In this document: positions 57,987 through 64,000 of the stretch, one piece after another
How the letters are laid out: each line of letters starts with the position of its first letter
Numbering within the stretch: position 1 is the first letter of the stretch
IMG/VR virus record: IMGVR_UViG_3300046506_000102
Origin: an uncultured virus (IMG/VR IMGVR_UViG_3300046506_000102)
Lineage: Duplodnaviria > Heunggongvirae > Uroviricota > Caudoviricetes
Length of the DNA stretch: 64,000 bases
Direction: 5' to 3' (one strand)
Program-made: the position numbers and the translations under genes
Notes under the pieces: model-generated
Seen by the model: the letters and a program-made list of their open reading frames with translations, nothing else
Databases searched by the model: none
Told to the model about the DNA's origin: nothing

Positions 57987-58355
57987 ATGACCAACTACAT
58001 CATTACCAACGATCTGTTTGTTGTGAATTCCGACAACGTTGTTTGCGGCGGACCATACAAGAATGAAGAAAGCGCTAAGCGCCGCGTTCGCAATCTTCGG
58101 CAGAAAGACGCCGATGCGCTGGCAAATGTTGCCGCCTGCGATGCGCCCTCAACGGATTTCGAGACAAACCCGGTAACGGCCACTATCAAGCGCGCCCCCG
58201 AATTGCTCGAAACTGCCGCAACTTCCATCGCGCCGCCTGCCCTGCCCGATGCCGCGAAACTCGCTGCGCAGCATTCGCCATACGGCACAACGCCTGCCGG
58301 TGTTTATCCCGCGATCAGCAAGCGCGAACGTCGGCGGCAGTGGAATTACGCGTGA
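57987..58355 (+). CDS. Hypothetical protein
   Basis: CGGPYKNEESAKRRVRNL shared with the upstream paralog. Confidence 0.6.
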   Translation: MTNYIITNDLFVVNSDNVVCGGPYKNEESAKRRVRNLRQKDADALANVAACDAPSTDFETNPVTATIKRAPELLETAATSIAPPALPDAAKLAAQHSPYGTTPAGVYPAISKRERRRQWNYA

Positions 58356-59003
58356 CGCTTTACACCGCGTATCCATTCATCGTGATCGGGGCATTCTGTG
58401 CCCTGATCTACGCAACCCACTAATCAGGCACAACGCCAATGATCGCGCGCAATATCTATCGTTATCGCAATACGCTTTACGTTGAACGTTTGTTCGAAGC
58501 GCACGCGGTTAACTATTGGGCGAACTACCTGCGCAAGCATATTGCGGCGATCGTTCGGCAGGAAGGGCGAAAACATGCTAATCAATGGCGTTCTTTATAT
58601 GTCGCCACGCGAGGTTGAAGCGAGCGCGAAGTTTGGCAACCGCATTGCTGCAAGGATCAGCAATGGCAAGCCGATCAAGGCCAATAGCACCTTGCGACAT
58701 GCGATAATGTTCAACGGTCACGAACACGCTGTTAACCTCGCATCGCAAATCATGGGTATCAGCTTTGCGGACGCTAGGCAGCACATCGAAAACCTCGCCA
58801 AAACCAGAAGCATCGATATCGTATCACCGCATTGCAAGTAAGCGAGTAGCAACAGTGAGACCAACCGACTTCTTGAAATTCTGGCGGACTGTTAATGCGT
58901 TGCTCGCAACACGCGGATTGCCTGAATTGAACTACGGTGAAGCGCGCGGCTATTACAACGAGTATCAAGCGCGCTGATCCGGACGCCCTGCCCGATCATG
59001 ATC

Positions 59004-59032
59004 AACCCCGGCTAACAACCGGGGTTTTTCTT
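59004..59032 (+). terminator. Rho-independent terminator
   Basis: AACCCCGG-ctaacaa-CCGGGGTT-TTTCTT. Confidence 0.75.
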
Positions 59033-59049
59033 TGCGCGCGACCGGACGC

Positions 59050-59335
59050 GTTTCCATAATTTCGAACGCTGTAATTTCCACAATTATGGACGCGGTGATT
59101 TTCCTAATCTCTATTAGATCATAGAATAGATACATATGTATTTATCGTAATTTTACATAAATATCTATTATACCTATTCTATCTATACTTATCTATACTT
59201 CTTTTCTATTTTTCTAGATGCGAATGTAAATGAGAGCTAGTTTCCATAATTATACAAAATTACAACAACGATAAATGATTTACCGCAGCCATAAATTATG
59301 GAGAATTATGGAGCGCAGTGGAGAACGGTGGAGCA
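59050..59335. other. AT-rich non-coding region with iteron-like repeats (origin or packaging site)
   Basis: Very AT-rich core ~59095-59290 flanked by TCCATAATT/AATTATGGA repeats. Confidence 0.6.
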
Positions 59336-59426
59336 TGCGAACGATTTAGACCACGTGGAAAGTTTTGCTTGACCGGCAGCGATTGTGCGGCATAATTGCC
59401 AATCTATAATCACTTGCCGGGGAAAC

Positions 59427-59921
59427 ATGACCGCCGCACTAGAGACATTCCACGAAGCGACGTTGACGCTTTCTGTTGATCAGATGCGCAAATCAACGTG
59501 CGTCTATGCTCATTACGTGATGCCAGAAAACACGCTGTTCTTTATCGGCGTGTGCAAGCTGACCGACGTTTACAGGCATCCGGACGCATTTCGCAATCAC
59601 CATTGGATTGAGACCGTCAAGGATGACACGGTTATCAGAACCGTTGTTGTTCAAGCATCGCTGCAACCGATCGATTGCGTTCGATATCAAAACAATTTGG
59701 TGAAGCAGTATCGACCGATTTGCAACGTGGTCGGGCAACGCATCGCGGGCAGATTTGTAATCACGTGCCTTGAAGGCCCGAACGCTGGCAAGACCTACAC
59801 CACCACCACACAAGCCGCATACGAAAACGGCATGTCACAGCCAACGCTATCCAATCACCTGAACGGACGGCGCGGCTATGAAACCGTCCGAGGAATGAAA
59901 TTCAAACGAGGTTTGGCTTAG
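59427..59921 (+). CDS. Degenerate GIY-YIG-like protein with NUMOD1-like HTH
   Basis: CVYAH...FFIG; YTTTTQAAYENGMSQPTLSNHLNG...RGMKF. Confidence 0.6.
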   Translation: MTAALETFHEATLTLSVDQMRKSTCVYAHYVMPENTLFFIGVCKLTDVYRHPDAFRNHHWIETVKDDTVIRTVVVQASLQPIDCVRYQNNLVKQYRPICNVVGQRIAGRFVITCLEGPNAGKTYTTTTQAAYENGMSQPTLSNHLNGRRGYETVRGMKFKRGLA

Positions 59922-59922
59922 C

Positions 59923-61320
59923 ATGACAACCGCACCGAGCAATACCGGCCCGTATTTGACAACTGTGATCATTCAAGGTGTTCCAACTACGCTAGAGCAA
60001 TGGCGCACACTACCGACGTTGCGGTTTCGATCGTTCAACGATTTAACCGCTTTGCAATCATCGCCGCCCTGCCCCGGTATTATGAGTTACGCAAGAGCAA
60101 ACGGAGCGCCGTTTGCCGTTGTTGTCACCAACTATCGACGGCGCGACGTTTACCGCGCTGTGATCCGCGTTCCGATGTGGTCTCAACGATGACAACCGCA
60201 CCGAGCAACCCACACCCCGATTACATCACCGTCATGTTGCTAGGCAGCGGCTATGCCGCCGTCCATATGCGCTTCTATGAAGACATGAACGGTTATGACG
60301 TTCAGCAAACCGGCATCGGTCGATACGTCCAAAAGAAAGCCGCGATCACCGAAGCCCGCATGTGGTCCGCCAGCGATGAAATCAAGTTGAGGCTGTGACC
60401 ATGCTAATCCCAAATCACACACTGAGCGATTTGATGGCGAACGCGATCTTATTTGCGTTCGGTCTACTCACCGAGCCGGTTTTTTGGCTTGTCGCAGTTT
60501 TCGCATTAATGTGGTTCATGCCGTGACACGACTGGATTTGACCAATCATCAGGTTATCGCGTTGTACGTTGCCTAGATATGGTCCTTTCAATTCAAGGAT
60601 CAATCAAGCGCGGTGACAAAGATCATCCCCGGTTGTGTGAGATCAGCGCGAAGCTGTTGCCGTTCGCCAATCGGTTAAAGCAAGAGCGACGCAATAAGGA
60701 CAGATCACGATGACAACAACAATCATTCGGACAAACGTTGAAGGATGGCCCGTCAATCCGGTCACGCTCAACGATGATGAAACCGGGCTGATCATCACCA
60801 ACGAAACGCGCGTTGCTATTATCAAGCTACTCGGAAAGCTGTCACCGAACGACATGACAGGACGCGGTTTGACCGATCGTGAAGCCACTTTGATTTCGCA
60901 GCTATGGCATAAGGTGCAAACATGACAAGCACAGCAGACAGGCGCACGGCTTGGCAGGAAGCAGCGATTGCATGGGCGTGTTGCGCATCGATCCATCGCG
61001 AGTATGCAAAGGGCCGCGATCCGCTCTTTACAACGCGACAAGCCGATTACGTGAAGCACGAACAGCACGCGCGGGAAATGGATCAACGCGATTTGCACGC
61101 ATCACCGGGAAGCCCCGATATTGTCATTGTTGCCAATGATCCGGGCGACGTGAAAGATTTTCTAGTAGGACACTTGCGCGAACAAGCATCGATCCGCCGA
61201 CGACAAGCAGCGCTTGCGAGGATAAAGACCGATGCGCGATATTACACCGGAATTGCTAACAACCTAGATTTCATCGCCAATCAGTTAGCGCGGGCAACGA
61301 TGCGAGGCGACGGCGAATAA
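59923..61320 (+). other. Small early genes (59923-60192, 60189-60398, 60710-60925, 60922-61320)
   Basis: ATGA-coupled small ORFs. Confidence 0.55.
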
Positions 61321-61395
61321 TCGCTTGACCATGTGGTAAGTTTGTGCGATCGTCCGCCCGCTCACTTAGCCATGGGCAGGACGTTGGGAAGGTGG

Positions 61396-61435
61396 AATGC
61401 CGCCAGTGTGTCGCCGCACTGGCGGCATTTTCTTT
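61396..61435 (+). terminator. Rho-independent terminator
   Basis: AATGCCGCCAGTG / CACTGGCGGCATT followed by TTCTTT. Confidence 0.8.
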
Positions 61436-61470
61436 GTTGACCACATGGTTAGATCGTGAGACTATTTCAC

Positions 61471-61556
61471 GGTTCGGAGTGGTTTCCTTGGCTACACCGG
61501 GCGTTTCCTCCCTTAGACTTTCAACCCCGCGCACCCCAATGCGCGGGGTTTTTTTT
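61471..61556 (+). ncRNA. Putative trans-acting sRNA with anti-SD motif (AbcR/BjrC1505-like)
   Basis: -35 TTGACC at 61437 with 17-nt spacer, 5' hairpin, unpaired GCGTTTCCTCCCT, strong terminator, no internal ORF. Confidence 0.6.
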
Positions 61557-61608
61557 ATCTGTAACAAGCATCCCGAACGGATTGTAACAATCCGTGATGC
61601 ACCATCGC

Positions 61609-61637
61609 TTGACCATCGCAATTATCATCGCTATAAA
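61609..61637 (+). promoter_or_regulatory. Repeated sigma70-type early promoter (other copies at 33729, 37770, 38199, 49451, 49831, 62625, 63846)
   Basis: TTGACC-ATCGCAATTWTCATCGC-TATAAW with exact 17-nt spacer. Confidence 0.85.
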
Positions 61638-61663
61638 CAACGCATCAACACGGAGCGGCGACG

Positions 61664-64000
61664 ATGACAAAGCGGCAGATTACCATTCGGTTCACCACCG
61701 ATAAGAACGGAAAACCCCGTGCCCATTATTGGGGTTTGGCCCGCCGTTGGTTGCCGATCGGCATTGACGAAGCAAAGTTGAAGATCGCAACCGGCGAAGC
61801 CGTGGAACAGGAAAAGTAATCCAATGCACACGCGCAGCAGCCAGAACAAAACCACCGGCAAATTCACCGTTACGGTTTGGGATTGGAACGGCGTTGAGTG
61901 CTTTCGGGGCGAGTTTACGGACGTGATCGATGCTGACCGGGCAGCGCAGCGCGAAGAACGGACCATGACGCTGCGGATGCAGGAAACCCCGGACGGTCAT
62001 TCGGCCCGTCGCTACTTCGAGACCATCGAAGATGACAACAGCATCAGCGATGACGAATTGCTGAAACTCTTGGAAGAATAAGGAACCGCTCCTATGAACT
62101 TCGAACCCGGCAAGACCTATTCCACCCGCTCAATCGGCGATCACAACTGCATCATCAGCGTGACGATCGCCAAGCGGACGGCAAAGACCGTCACGACCAC
62201 GGAGGGCAAAACCTTCCGCGTCAGCCTGTACGATGGCAACGAGCAAATCCGCCCGTGGGGCAACTACAGCATGGCCCCAATCATTGGCGCGGATGACAAA
62301 GACTTGTCGCGCGTGATCCACCCGGCCATTCATGAAGCCGCCGAACGCGACAACCGCGAGTATGACGCGCTGTTGCAGACGATCGGCAAGGCTGTAACCG
62401 AGCGATCGGGCAACGTTGTCAATCTCGCCGATTACCGCAAGGCGTCCTGACCATGCGTTGCCCGGAATGCGGTTCGGTTTGCTGGCGAAACGAAATTGAT
62501 GTTGGCGTTGGCATCGTTTCCGATGAATGGAAATGCACTGAATGCGAATGGGATGAAAATCAAGCGTTCCCAATGAGCGCTGAAAATTGGGAAGATTTTT
62601 TGCGCACCAACGATAACTAACCGCTTGACCATCGCAATTATCATCGCTATAAACAACGCATCAGATACGGAGTTGACGCGATGACCAACGAACAGATGAA
62701 GCCCGGCCGGTTCCTCAAACTGCACAAGGCCCGCCGCATGTTCCGGTTCATCCTTGGCAACTTGGACGCTGGCAATTCGGTTTCCCTGACCACCTACACC
62801 CGCAGCGTAAATTACAAGGCGAAGCACCGCGCGATGTTCAAGCTTGTTGGTTCGTCCGTGTATGTTCAGCGCGGCAAGGCTTGGGATTGCATCGATGGTT
62901 GCCGCATCACCGCGTTCGGCGATACTAACAAGTTGGTGCCCGCATGATCACCGAGACACCACAACAAACCGCCGAACGCCTATTGCGCGAATTCTTCAAG
63001 GGGAAATGACCATGGGTAAACGCCCGGTTCGGAACGGCCCGCCCGACACAAGCAAAGCATGGGTTGCGGGATGGGACGCGAGCATAACGTTTGAAAGCAA
63101 CCCGTATAAGCGGCGCGACTATTCGCGAGCGTTCGAAAGCGGACGGTTGCACGGCAAACGATCGAACGCGAACGATGTTGCAATCTTGAACCGGATGCTT
63201 GCGCGCAGATGACAAAGGTTTGCACATACGACAACCCCGCGACGATGGCGCGCGAATGTTGGTCGGACGGTGTTTTGCGTTATTCGTATTCCGTTACGCT
63301 GTTGGAAAGTTCCAAACCCATCTCATCCAAACATTTTTTCTTTGGTGCCAACATCGGCCCGTGGAAGACCGGCCAACTTGTCGGCGATAGCGAAGCCATG
63401 CGCAAATGACCACTACCGGCTATTACGTGACCGTACAGCGCGACGGCAAAACCGGTTGGCTGTTCGGCCCGATCGCGGATCACAACGTTGCAATGGCCTT
63501 CGTTGAGCCGGTGCGCGCCCTCGCCTGCCGCATTGATCCGTGGTGCGACTTCGACGCGTTCGGCACATCATCCATCACCACAACAGGCGCCCTGCCCGTT
63601 GGTCGTTTAAACGATAGGTGGCAAGCGTGATCCGGTATGAAATCGATCTAAGGCAACGCAGCGGAAAATGGGTTCCGCAATGCGAGCGCAACACGCAAGA
63701 TGAAATCAACGCCGAATGGTACCGCATAACGGAAACCATGAAACGCCGCTTGCGCGAAAACCGAAAGACGTTGCGTTGCACCAAGATTGAAAACGGCACG
63801 CGCACCATTCTTGCGAATTACGTTCCGTGATCGCAAAATAACCGCTTGACCATCGCAATTTTCATCGCTATAAACAACCGTATCGACAACGGAGCGATGA
63901 CCAATGGCTAAGGCAAGTGTGATTGTGACGATCAAGGAAACGAAGAACGGCTTTGGTGAAAAGGCATTCAAGTTCGGAACGCCTTCGGTCTATCGCAAGG
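61664..64000 (+). other. Early small-gene cassettes (e.g. 61824-62081, 62094-62450, 62681-62947, 63209-63409, 63406-63630, 63618-63830; last ORF runs off the window)
   Basis: Small ORFs with GGAG SDs downstream of repeated promoters. Confidence 0.55.

Noticed and set aside
33729..63874. Repeated 29-bp motif as a CRISPR array
   Set aside because: Copies are dispersed hundreds to thousands of bp apart and have -35/-10 architecture; no regular spacers or cas operon

Overview
A 64-kb segment of a tailed, siphovirus-type phage genome, probably temperate, with no host genes in view. The GC-rich composition and an AbcR/BjrC1505-like sRNA suggest an alphaproteobacterial (Rhizobiales) host, which is inference. 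Layout: replication module at 1-16.5 kb (RepB-primase/SF3 helicase running off the left edge, VRR-NUC, SF2 helicase, clamp-like protein, Cas4-like exonuclease, SSB, family B-like DNA polymerase, dNMP kinase, two free-standing HNH endonucleases); lysis and tail genes on the minus strand at 16.5-32.6 kb; a plus-strand insert at 32.6-39.6 kb (AAA+/VWA pair, xis, tyrosine integrase, attP-like site, endo VII); head and packaging genes on the minus strand at 39.6-57.6 kb, with terS and terL split by two SGNH-esterase cassettes; and an AT-rich origin/terminus-like region plus small early genes at 57.7-64 kb. Main observations: (1) portal, scaffold, major capsid and tail tube all carry basic, acid-free N-terminal leaders ending in [AV]-[FY]-[AD], and no prohead protease is recognisable; (2) a covarying RNA leader with two GGAU loops is shared by the scaffold and capsid genes; (3) both HNH genes carry synonymously recoded duplicates of their target-gene ends; (4) a phage-borne anti-Shine-Dalgarno sRNA; (5) a genome-wide CCA-N2-TGG operator and an 8-copy early promoter.
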